A stretch of DNA of 20,000 nt from an uncultured virus (IMG/VR IMGVR_UViG_3300042891_001375) (lineage: Duplodnaviria > Heunggongvirae > Uroviricota > Caudoviricetes): IMG/VR virus record IMGVR_UViG_3300042891_001375; one strand, written 5' to 3'. This document shows positions 1 to 7,558 of this stretch, piece after piece. Made by a program: the position numbers and the translations under genes. The notes below the pieces were generated by a model. It saw only the letters and a list, made by a program, of their open reading frames with translations. It ran no database searches and was not told the DNA's origin. Position 1 is the stretch's first letter. Each line of letters starts with the position of its first letter.

Positions 1-276
1 GTAAATCCATACGAGCAAAAAAACCTAAATAATGGTGTATTCCTGCGCACATTCTCAAAGGATGTTTTGAGTGAAGAACTCGTTTGGCACAGAGATCACA
101 ACGACAGAATCGTAGAGGTTCTTGACGGAGAAAACTGGGAAATCCAGTTTGAAAATAAACTCCCACAGTCCCTCAAAATCGGCGAAGAATATGTTATTCC
201 AGCATATACTTACCACCGAATTAAACGTGGCACGACAGATTTAATAGTTAGAATTCAAGAGAATCTTGAGGGTTAA
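1..276 (+). CDS. Small cupin-like phage protein, 5' end just outside the window
   Basis: Frame is open from base 1 (VNPYEQKNLNNGVFLRTFSKDVLSEELVWHRD...), so the TTG start at 67 is probably internal. WHRD...EVLDG and IPAYTYHRIKRG resemble the two His-containing cupin motifs. Confidence 0.7.
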   Translation, partial: VNPYEQKNLNNGVFLRTFSKDVLSEELVWHRDHNDRIVEVLDGENWEIQFENKLPQSLKIGEEYVIPAYTYHRIKRGTTDLIVRIQENLEG

Positions 277-277
277 A

Positions 278-2614
278 ATGGAAGGATGGCAAAAAGGTGC
301 ACCAGCGGTATTGAAATTCTCAAGTGCTGGGAAGCAAAAATATTTTAAGCAGTTTCCTGAAAGAGAAGCCTGGTTTAAGCAAAATTATCCAGAGCATTTC
401 GGTAGATCTGTAACTGCCGCCACAACCAGTCTCAAGAAAACTAATACAGCAAAGAAACAACAACAAAGACTCTCAACAATTCGCCAAGCTGCTTCAAAGC
501 GCGATCAACTTAAAGTTTCTTCAGCAGCAGTTCAAGCCATGGGTGCTCGCCGCCGAGAGGGTGGTGAGGGTCTTGGTGGTGGATTAGAAACCAACCGTGA
601 TATCATTGCACATGCTCGTGCTGGTGGAACAATTAGTTCTGGCGGTCTCGGAAGTTTGTTTGAAGATGGAACATCAAATCCTCTTTCTGGTGGTGTTGAA
701 GCCATTATAGATAAGGATGGAAATACAAAAGGCTGGAAATTTAACGGTGTCACATATAAATCAGCAAAAGAAGCAAATGCCGCCAAAAATTCATTAGATG
801 ATGCGATCAATAAAGCAAAAATGTCTGACATTGGCGATACAATCAGCTCAGTTGGTGACAAAATGGGTGATTTGCTCAGACTCGGTTATGATGCGATAGG
901 AACTGCGGCAGAAAATAAAAAGAAAGAGTTGCAAGCAAGAGGTGAATGGGGTCTTGACTGGCCAACTCCAGATAAAGATCCAACACGTTGGAGCAGCAGA
1001 CCAGATGCATTGCCAATGTATAATACATGGAGCGGCGGGACTGATAAAGATATTTTAAAAGCACTTAAAGCAGATTTCTCACCAAAAGAAACAGCAGACA
1101 AAGCACCAATTAGATCTCAGTATGCAAAAGATATATCCGTAGATTTAGCAGCTGATAGACCAGATATTCCGAAAAGAAAAAAATCCGATGGGGATAAAGG
1201 TATGTATTACGAAGAAAATGAACTAACAGATGTCGCAAAGACACTTGCAGAAAGAATTGTCACCAACAAATTGCAGGAATGCATGCCTGAAGAAAGCAAG
1301 TGGGATAATTTAGATGCATGGGAAAAGAATCCGATTCCAAAAGGCGCATCATCAGAAGCAGAAGATGAGCCAGGTGAATATGATTATGAAGGTGATATGG
1401 CAAAGTCACAACTTCGTAGCATCGCATACAATGCAAAAATGCTTCACGACATGTTAGAAGATAATACAAATCTCCCTGAATGGGTACAGAGCAAGATTAC
1501 ACTTGCTGAAGATTATATGCTCACTGCAGCAAATTACATGCGTAGTGAAATGGATCGCATGGATGAAGCAACATCATTCCCAGCTGGTGGTGGTGTGATC
1601 AATTATGATCCAAAATGGGAGAAGTCTGAAGCAGAAGGAACTGCAAATCTTGGAGACGAACAGCCTCCATTTGATCCAAGTCCTAACAGACCAGAGATGG
1701 ATCCAGGAAAGCATCCAGAAGGATTTCGTCGTGCACGTCAACTTGCTCGTCAAGCATTAAAAGCAAAAATCGCATCAATGCAACAACCAGCTGCAGCTGA
1801 AGATTTAGTTGCACAACATAATGCATTGCATAATGTTGAAGAAGCATACAGAGGACCAACAACTACGATTGACGGACAAAGATATGCTGGCAAATTAACT
1901 GCTGATCAAATAAAAGCAGCAAAAACTCGTGCAGCAAATTTAGCAGCAGAAAAGATTCCTTATGAAGCTCGCGCTGCAGAAAGAGTAGCAAAGCGTTCAG
2001 CACAACAAGCAACACAAAAAACTGCATCAAAAGCAGTTCTAAAGAATGTCATTAAAGGTGTCGCTGGTAAAGTTGCTGCGCCATTAGCCGTTGGTATGGC
2101 AGGATATGATGCTTATAAGGGCTTCACTGCAGATCCAAATGCTGACATGTCAACAAAACTCAGTAACACTGGCAAATCAGTTTTGAGTGGATTGACATTC
2201 GGAATGGCTGGAACAGATGCCAAAACAATCAAAGCACAAGCAGCAAAGAAAGGAATGAAAGAAGAAGTTGATGAATCAAATGATCTTGTCAACCGAGGAA
2301 TGCTTCCAGATACATCAGTAATTCCTGCAGGAAAAGGTTTCGGTGACGATCTTAAGAAAAATAAAATTATCAATAAAGCTGGAAAGGCTATTGAAAAGAA
2401 AAAGCCTGTTACATCCACAGAAAATCCTTCTGAGAATGAACTAGTTCCACAGTCAATGCTTCCAGATAATCCTGCTGCAGCATTTCCTCCTGGATATGTG
2501 GTTCCAAAACCACTTGAAGAACAAACAGATGATCAAAATTCATATGTAAAAGCAAGTGCAACATTTCTAACAAAAACGTCACCACGTGTAGTGTACGGAG
2601 ATAAAAATGACTAA
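278..2614 (+). CDS. Large modular low-complexity protein, putative internal head/core protein
   Basis: ATG at 278 follows GAGGG and lies 1 nt after the previous stop. Contains the helical module EYDYEGDMAKSQLRSI...LPEWVQSKITLAEDYM, recalled from T4-like environmental phages, and several hydrophobic-x-E sites (LFED, LQEC, MDEA, VEEA, VDES, LEEQ). Confidence 0.6.
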   Translation: MEGWQKGAPAVLKFSSAGKQKYFKQFPEREAWFKQNYPEHFGRSVTAATTSLKKTNTAKKQQQRLSTIRQAASKRDQLKVSSAAVQAMGARRREGGEGLGGGLETNRDIIAHARAGGTISSGGLGSLFEDGTSNPLSGGVEAIIDKDGNTKGWKFNGVTYKSAKEANAAKNSLDDAINKAKMSDIGDTISSVGDKMGDLLRLGYDAIGTAAENKKKELQARGEWGLDWPTPDKDPTRWSSRPDALPMYNTWSGGTDKDILKALKADFSPKETADKAPIRSQYAKDISVDLAADRPDIPKRKKSDGDKGMYYEENELTDVAKTLAERIVTNKLQECMPEESKWDNLDAWEKNPIPKGASSEAEDEPGEYDYEGDMAKSQLRSIAYNAKMLHDMLEDNTNLPEWVQSKITLAEDYMLTAANYMRSEMDRMDEATSFPAGGGVINYDPKWEKSEAEGTANLGDEQPPFDPSPNRPEMDPGKHPEGFRRARQLARQALKAKIASMQQPAAAEDLVAQHNALHNVEEAYRGPTTTIDGQRYAGKLTADQIKAAKTRAANLAAEKIPYEARAAERVAKRSAQQATQKTASKAVLKNVIKGVAGKVAAPLAVGMAGYDAYKGFTADPNADMSTKLSNTGKSVLSGLTFGMAGTDAKTIKAQAAKKGMKEEVDESNDLVNRGMLPDTSVIPAGKGFGDDLKKNKIINKAGKAIEKKKPVTSTENPSENELVPQSMLPDNPAAAFPPGYVVPKPLEEQTDDQNSYVKASATFLTKTSPRVVYGDKND

Positions 2615-3590
2615 AGTTGAAAATTTATACGCAGAACAAATCATTAACGAATCACCATACTACTATGATGAGAGTGGTCGTCTTCGAGTAAAGACAATCA
2701 ATGAGTCTGCTCCAATGTTGCGCAAACCGCTACCTGTTGAAGATGAGAAACCAAAAGAACCAGCGGGACCAGATAGACCAAAAGAAGTAAAATTGGTGGG
2801 AAAAAAACCTCTTCCAGTTCAAGGTGAACCCGTTCCAGTTAAGGGTGGGACTGCATTTTTACCAAAACCAAAACCAGGTATGCGAGCATTACCATCTAAG
2901 GATGTTGGATTGGGTCGTCTTCGTAAACTTCCGAAGGATGCACCAGTTGAACCATCAGAAGGCGGTGGCGGCGGCAATTGGAGAGGCGGCATGGGCGGAC
3001 CAAAGTATCTTCCAGCACCAGTTGAACCATCTGGTGGAATGATGCGCACTGCTGACATGCAAGACAGCAATAACGATGGCACGGATGACAGAGATCAAAG
3101 ACCATCAGCACAACCACAAAAGAAAGAGATCAAACAAGATCTTCGTGGTCTTAAAAATCAGAAACGTGAGATGAAAGCAGTTGGTCAAAAGCCAGGAATG
3201 GATTTAAAATCTAAGATTGCAGATGCCAAAGCAAAACTTGGTGCTGCAAAGGGTGTTGAGAAACGACCAGCAACTGGTCAAAAACCAAAATTTCTCTCTA
3301 AATTCCGTTCACAACGCGATACAGGAAGAAATGTCAACACACGTGCAGGATTAAGAAATACTCGTGGTTTAAGAGAAGATGTTGTTGACTCAGTTTTCGA
3401 GAAACTTAGATTAGTTCAAGCTGCACCAGCAACTGATTATATCGAAGAAAAAATGAATATGAAGACTGCAGAAATGGGTGAGGTCATCAAAGACTTTGAA
3501 AAGTCTGATGCACCACAATTCAAAGGTAAGTCAAAGGCAAAGCGTAGACAGATGGCAATCGCTGCAAAGTTGCAGGCAGAAAGAGGCTAA
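2607..3590 (+). CDS. Pro/Lys/Gly-rich protein with conserved C-terminal module, putative internal head protein
   Basis: SD GGAG upstream; overlaps the previous ORF. C-terminal GEVIKDFEKSDAPQFKGKSKAKRRQMAIAAKL module is recalled from T4-like phage hypotheticals. Contains IINES, INES, LRED and IEEK sites. Confidence 0.6.
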   Translation: MTKVENLYAEQIINESPYYYDESGRLRVKTINESAPMLRKPLPVEDEKPKEPAGPDRPKEVKLVGKKPLPVQGEPVPVKGGTAFLPKPKPGMRALPSKDVGLGRLRKLPKDAPVEPSEGGGGGNWRGGMGGPKYLPAPVEPSGGMMRTADMQDSNNDGTDDRDQRPSAQPQKKEIKQDLRGLKNQKREMKAVGQKPGMDLKSKIADAKAKLGAAKGVEKRPATGQKPKFLSKFRSQRDTGRNVNTRAGLRNTRGLREDVVDSVFEKLRLVQAAPATDYIEEKMNMKTAEMGEVIKDFEKSDAPQFKGKSKAKRRQMAIAAKLQAERG

Positions 3591-3593
3591 ATA
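3587..3593 (+). promoter_or_regulatory. T4-type late promoter-like motif CTAAATA
   Basis: Variant of the T4 gp55 TATAAATA box; overlaps the stop codon of the previous gene, about 45 nt upstream of ATG 3638. Confidence 0.55.
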
Positions 3594-3637
3594 TAATATT
3601 ATTGGATAAACCAACAATAAATTAGGAAACCATTACG

Positions 3638-5263
3638 ATGAGCAATAATAACGAATTCGATTCAATGAGTCCAACAGTCCGCGCTGTGTATTCAGCACTT
3701 GGTGGAAAGGCTCCAACACAAGCAGCTGTGCAAGAAGCACCAGTTGAAACTACTGTAAACGAGCAAGTTGACGAATCAGTGACTGATGATGTCATCGTTG
3801 TGGATATCTTCGAAGAGAATGGTGAAATTGTTGGTTTGGATAATGGAGTTCTTACCTTTGATGATAATTTACCATATATCGACATCATTGAAAAGTATCG
3901 TGGTGAGCAGTATATTGATGAATTAATCAATGAAGCAGTGGCTGCAAAAAAGCCTGCAGCAAAACCTGTTTCCAAACCAGCGGCAAAGAAACCAACTGTT
4001 GATTTCAAGAAAGCATCAGCAGCTGCAGTTGCTAAAGGTGCACCATCTGGATCAAAATCAACAATAAAACCAGTAGCCAAACCTGCTGCTAAATCAACTG
4101 GTGCGGCAAAAACAACAGCCACAAAAGCAACAACAAAGAAACCAGCTGCGAAAAAGACGACACCGACTCCTGCACAAATTCGCACTTCTGATACCACAAA
4201 ACCAAGCACCACTGCTGCAAAGGTTACACAAAGAGCAAAAGATACCAAGTTAGATCTTGGCGGTATGGAAAAGGATATTGGCGATCAACTTAAAGCAACT
4301 GATAAGGTCGTTGCTGACAAGACAAAGAAAGATATCGCATCAATGAAGCCAGGACAAGTAAAGCAAAGTTTCTTGTCAAAAATCACTGGTGGTCGTCTCG
4401 GCAAAACAACGTTTACACCTGGAGACGGTGGAACTTTGGGTCAATTCGATAAAGATTTCACACAAAAGATTTCAGATGAAGCAAAGAAGATCAAACAGCA
4501 AAGAGAAAAAGATGAGGCTGAACTTGGTCCAGTTGAAATCAAATCAAAGAAAAAACCTGAAGTACCAGTAACAAAACCAGCAGTAGAACCACCTGAGGCA
4601 CCAGAAACACCAGATGTTGGTGGTGCTGACACTGGCGCAGCAGATACACCAGATACAGGCGCAGCAGATACGGGTGGAACCGATACAGGTGCGGCGCCAA
4701 GAACTCCTTCTCGCAAAGGCGCAGTTCCTGTTCGTTATTCAATTGATGGTAGAGAAACAGAGAAAGAAACATACAGAAAGAAGAGATCTTCTGGTGAAGT
4801 TGCAAGCCAAGATGTTGTATTCAATGTAAGAAATACAAAGACTGGTGAAAAGAGAGCAATCACGAAGAAGGATCCAGAGTATCAAGCATACTACAGCAGA
4901 TACAAGAAAATGTCAGGTGCAATCACTGAGGCATTGATTCGCATGGGCGCTGTTCTTGGTGAAGATGGATGGTATCTCAATGATGAACTCATTGAATCAA
5001 TCTCAACAGAATACAGTCCAGTCGCAATGCCAACACCATATTACTATGATAATACTGGTCGTCTCAAAATTATGACAGAGGAAGAATGGACACAATTGGG
5101 TCTAGCCGAAGTCATCCTTGAGAGAATTATCACAGAAGCTCTTGATGATGTTGGTGAAGAAGATCATGATGTTGATAACGATGGTGATTCAGACGAGAGC
5201 GATGACTATCTAAAGAATAGAAGAGAAAAAGTTGCTGCGGCAATTGGTAAAGGTAAGAAATAA
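3638..5263 (+). CDS. Modular protein: acidic N-terminus, histone H1-like K/A/P/T segment, acidic DxDxDG C-terminal module; putative prohead core/internal protein
   Basis: SD AGGA. AAKKPAAKPVSKPAAKKP tract, DTGAA repeats, C-terminal LDDVGEEDHDVDNDGDSDESDDYLKNRR. Many VQEA/VNEQ/VDES/INEA/ITEA sites. Confidence 0.6.
   Translation: MSNNNEFDSMSPTVRAVYSALGGKAPTQAAVQEAPVETTVNEQVDESVTDDVIVVDIFEENGEIVGLDNGVLTFDDNLPYIDIIEKYRGEQYIDELINEAVAAKKPAAKPVSKPAAKKPTVDFKKASAAAVAKGAPSGSKSTIKPVAKPAAKSTGAAKTTATKATTKKPAAKKTTPTPAQIRTSDTTKPSTTAAKVTQRAKDTKLDLGGMEKDIGDQLKATDKVVADKTKKDIASMKPGQVKQSFLSKITGGRLGKTTFTPGDGGTLGQFDKDFTQKISDEAKKIKQQREKDEAELGPVEIKSKKKPEVPVTKPAVEPPEAPETPDVGGADTGAADTPDTGAADTGGTDTGAAPRTPSRKGAVPVRYSIDGRETEKETYRKKRSSGEVASQDVVFNVRNTKTGEKRAITKKDPEYQAYYSRYKKMSGAITEALIRMGAVLGEDGWYLNDELIESISTEYSPVAMPTPYYYDNTGRLKIMTEEEWTQLGLAEVILERIITEALDDVGEEDHDVDNDGDSDESDDYLKNRREKVAAAIGKGKK
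4628..4697 (+). repeat. Intragenic degenerate repeat encoding DTGAA units
   Basis: Translation DTGAADTPDTGAADTGGTDTGAA; DNA units of the type gatacaggcgcagca. Confidence 0.7.
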
Positions 5264-6186
5264 TGAAGCATATCGTAACACTCACTACATCTAATCCTTC
5301 ACACGAGCATATTGCGCTTCGTCGCAAACAAAACACAACCAACTTCATGGTTGAGGCTGCAAGTGAAGATGAGGCAATCAAGCGTGCTTCTGCACACTTT
5401 AGAAAGTTGGGTCATTACATCCACGAAGCAAAAGTTTTTAAAAAAAAAGATAACGAAGTAAACGAAGCTCTTGGATTAGCAATACCTGCAATTGCAGCTG
5501 GTTTAAGAACTGCAGGTGTTCTTGCAAAACCAGTTCTAAAGAATCTTCCAAGAGCTCTTTCGAAAACTGACGTAGAAGAGAAGTTGCCAGTTCCTGTACC
5601 AGCACCTGCGCCAGTTGTGACAAAGCCAGCTGCGGTTCATGTAACACGCCCAGTGACACTTCCTGCAGTGCCGCATTCTATTCATAAGATACCTCCTGTG
5701 CTTCCGACTCCTGCGCCAGTGAGACCAGTGCCAGTTCCTGTACCATTGTCAACAACAGCACCAGTAAAACCAACACCAGTGCCAGTCCCTGCGCCAGTGC
5801 CTGCAAAAGATACAAAATTAAAAACAAAGCCAGATACAACCAGACTACCTTCACCGAAATCTGATCCAACTAGACCACCTCCACGTGGACCAGTGACTCC
5901 ACCAATCACAGGTGGTGCAGGTAAACCTATTCCCGTCGCTGCTGGTTCATTCTCATTAGGAGCAGATCGCGGAGAAGTTGATATTGGAACACTCGGTCAA
6001 TATCGTGGAATATTCCCAATGTATCAGCATGCTGACTTTAATAGAGGCAGAATACAAGAAAATAAAATGGTTGCGAACACGATTGGTCGAGTGATGACCA
6101 AGAGAAAGAAAGCAAGTAAAGAAAATGCAGACGACGAAAAGAACAAAATAAATATGGAACCTAAACTACGTGGTGGAAGGGTTTAA
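5263..6186 (+). CDS. Protein with small N-terminal domain and long Pro/Val/Thr-rich stalk
   Basis: TAATG coupling with the upstream gene. PVPVPAP-type tracts; IHEA, VNEA and IQEN sites. Confidence 0.65.
   Translation: MKHIVTLTTSNPSHEHIALRRKQNTTNFMVEAASEDEAIKRASAHFRKLGHYIHEAKVFKKKDNEVNEALGLAIPAIAAGLRTAGVLAKPVLKNLPRALSKTDVEEKLPVPVPAPAPVVTKPAAVHVTRPVTLPAVPHSIHKIPPVLPTPAPVRPVPVPVPLSTTAPVKPTPVPVPAPVPAKDTKLKTKPDTTRLPSPKSDPTRPPPRGPVTPPITGGAGKPIPVAAGSFSLGADRGEVDIGTLGQYRGIFPMYQHADFNRGRIQENKMVANTIGRVMTKRKKASKENADDEKNKINMEPKLRGGRV
6148..6154 (+). promoter_or_regulatory. T4-type late promoter-like motif ATAAATA
   Basis: Inside the 3' end of the upstream gene, about 42 nt before ATG 6196. Confidence 0.4.
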
Positions 6187-6195
6187 CAGGAGCAC

Positions 6196-6711
6196 ATGAT
6201 GCAAAATTTTAAACAATTTATTAATGAAGGATTGAATCCAAACTATATTGAAGTGGATTCAAGATTTGTTGAGAATAATAAAGACTCAATCAATGCAGAT
6301 TTCGATAGACTTACTGCTCAACCTTATACAAACACCATGGTATTTTATAATCAAATTCGTGGAACGTTAGAACGTTATGGAATGATCATGCCACCATCAG
6401 CGACAAAACAGTTTATGAGTACTGATGGAGAGTTGGCATTTAAACTTGGTGAAGAAGGGTTGAATCTTTATGTTGTGTTCAATACACACAAGAATTCATA
6501 TGTTGATGGTTATGTTCAAGTCGTCGACGACGTTGAACTCGACCATCTAATGTCTGCTGATGAAGAAGATATGGAAGATGAGGTTGAAGAGGAAGCAGAA
6601 GAAGTTGAAGATGAAGAAGAAGATGACATGGACGATATGGAAGAAATGGATACAATGGAAAAGTATCGCAAAAGAAGAGACGACGATTCAGGAAACACTG
6701 GCGAATACTAA
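6196..6711 (+). CDS. Acidic protein with capsid-targeting-like N-terminus
   Basis: SD AGGAG. N-terminus MQNFKQFINE resembles the T4 internal-protein targeting sequence MKTYQEFIAE. Long D/E-rich C-terminal tail. Confidence 0.65.
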   Translation: MMQNFKQFINEGLNPNYIEVDSRFVENNKDSINADFDRLTAQPYTNTMVFYNQIRGTLERYGMIMPPSATKQFMSTDGELAFKLGEEGLNLYVVFNTHKNSYVDGYVQVVDDVELDHLMSADEEDMEDEVEEEAEEVEDEEEDDMDDMEEMDTMEKYRKRRDDDSGNTGEY

Positions 6712-6714
6712 TTT

Positions 6715-7104
6715 ATGTCTTTTGTTAATTTGACTGATTCTAATATATTATTATATGCAGCAAAGTGTTATGATAAACCTAACTGCTTAGATAGCGAATT
6801 TGATGAAGATTATAAACGAATTCGCTATATTAAAAGATTATTGCATCGTTATAGAATAACTGGTGTTGTAAAAGAAAGATTAATTTTAAATCATATGATT
6901 GTGGTGCAAAATGTTTTTGGCATTGAAGCAAGCACAAGAATGTTATTTTGTAAAATAGATTATAAGGATCATAGTGCTTTAAAAACTTTTCTTTCTTATA
7001 CTTCTGCCATGCCAGAAACAGTTTTTGGAATTCATGGAAATAATATTATTTCTAAAGAAATTCCTCTTGATAAAAAATTAATTGAAATTTTAGGTAGAAT
7101 TTAA
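6715..7104 (+). CDS. Conserved hypothetical protein of T4-like (cyano/pelagiphage-type) phages
   Basis: LYAAKCYDKPNC...EFDEDYKRIRYIKRLL...KERLILNH...NVFG matches a family recalled from T4-like aquatic phages; function unknown. Confidence 0.7.
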   Translation: MSFVNLTDSNILLYAAKCYDKPNCLDSEFDEDYKRIRYIKRLLHRYRITGVVKERLILNHMIVVQNVFGIEASTRMLFCKIDYKDHSALKTFLSYTSAMPETVFGIHGNNIISKEIPLDKKLIEILGRI

Positions 7105-7557
7105 ATGCTTGAAGAGAGCGAAAAAACAAATTCTGAATCCAATGCAGCTCTTATTCTAGAACAAGCAAAAAAAGCTGCTCGAGTTGCTCGCGAATTTGAA
7201 ATTCGAAGTCAAACAAAAATGAGCGAAGAAGCACCAGCCATGTCTATTGGTGCTGGAATGAATACGCTAGATTCTGCAAAAGGCGAGCCAATCGCTGGAA
7301 TGGATCCAGTCATGACTCCAGCACCATTACGTCGTTCTCCACCAAAAACATTCGCTGGAAAAAGAGTATTCACTGTACCAAGCAAAGAGTTTTATAAAGC
7401 GACTCTTGGTAGAAAGAAAGGTGCACACTGGAGATCAATGGTCAATGGTCCACTCGGAGAAGAGATCCGACAGTATGCGTTAAATAACAAAGACGCACCA
7501 ATCATCGTAGAAGATGAGATTACTGGTGCGATGATGTATTTAAGATATGGAAAGTAA
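7105..7557 (+). CDS. Hypothetical phage protein, possibly protease-processed
   Basis: Starts immediately after the previous stop. MSEEAPAMSIG...IAGMDP motif followed by a compact C-terminal domain ending IIVEDEITGAMMYLR. Confidence 0.65.
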   Translation: MLEESEKTNSESNAALILEQAKKAARVAREFEIRSQTKMSEEAPAMSIGAGMNTLDSAKGEPIAGMDPVMTPAPLRRSPPKTFAGKRVFTVPSKEFYKATLGRKKGAHWRSMVNGPLGEEIRQYALNNKDAPIIVEDEITGAMMYLRYGK

Positions 7558-7558
7558 C

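Noticed and set aside
67..277. Track start codons at 67 and 266
   Set aside because: The first frame is open from base 1, and the second gene has a better ATG at 278 with an SD; both track starts are non-ATG artefacts.
2824..4829. Short alternative-frame plus-strand ORFs (2824-3042, 4389-4571, 4614-4829)
   Set aside because: Fully nested in longer ORFs with coherent composition; no independent support.
5435..5448. T5A9 run as a programmed frameshift or phase-variation site
   Set aside because: The frame is intact (FKKK), I saw no clear downstream stimulatory structure, and such runs are expected in AT-rich Lys codons.
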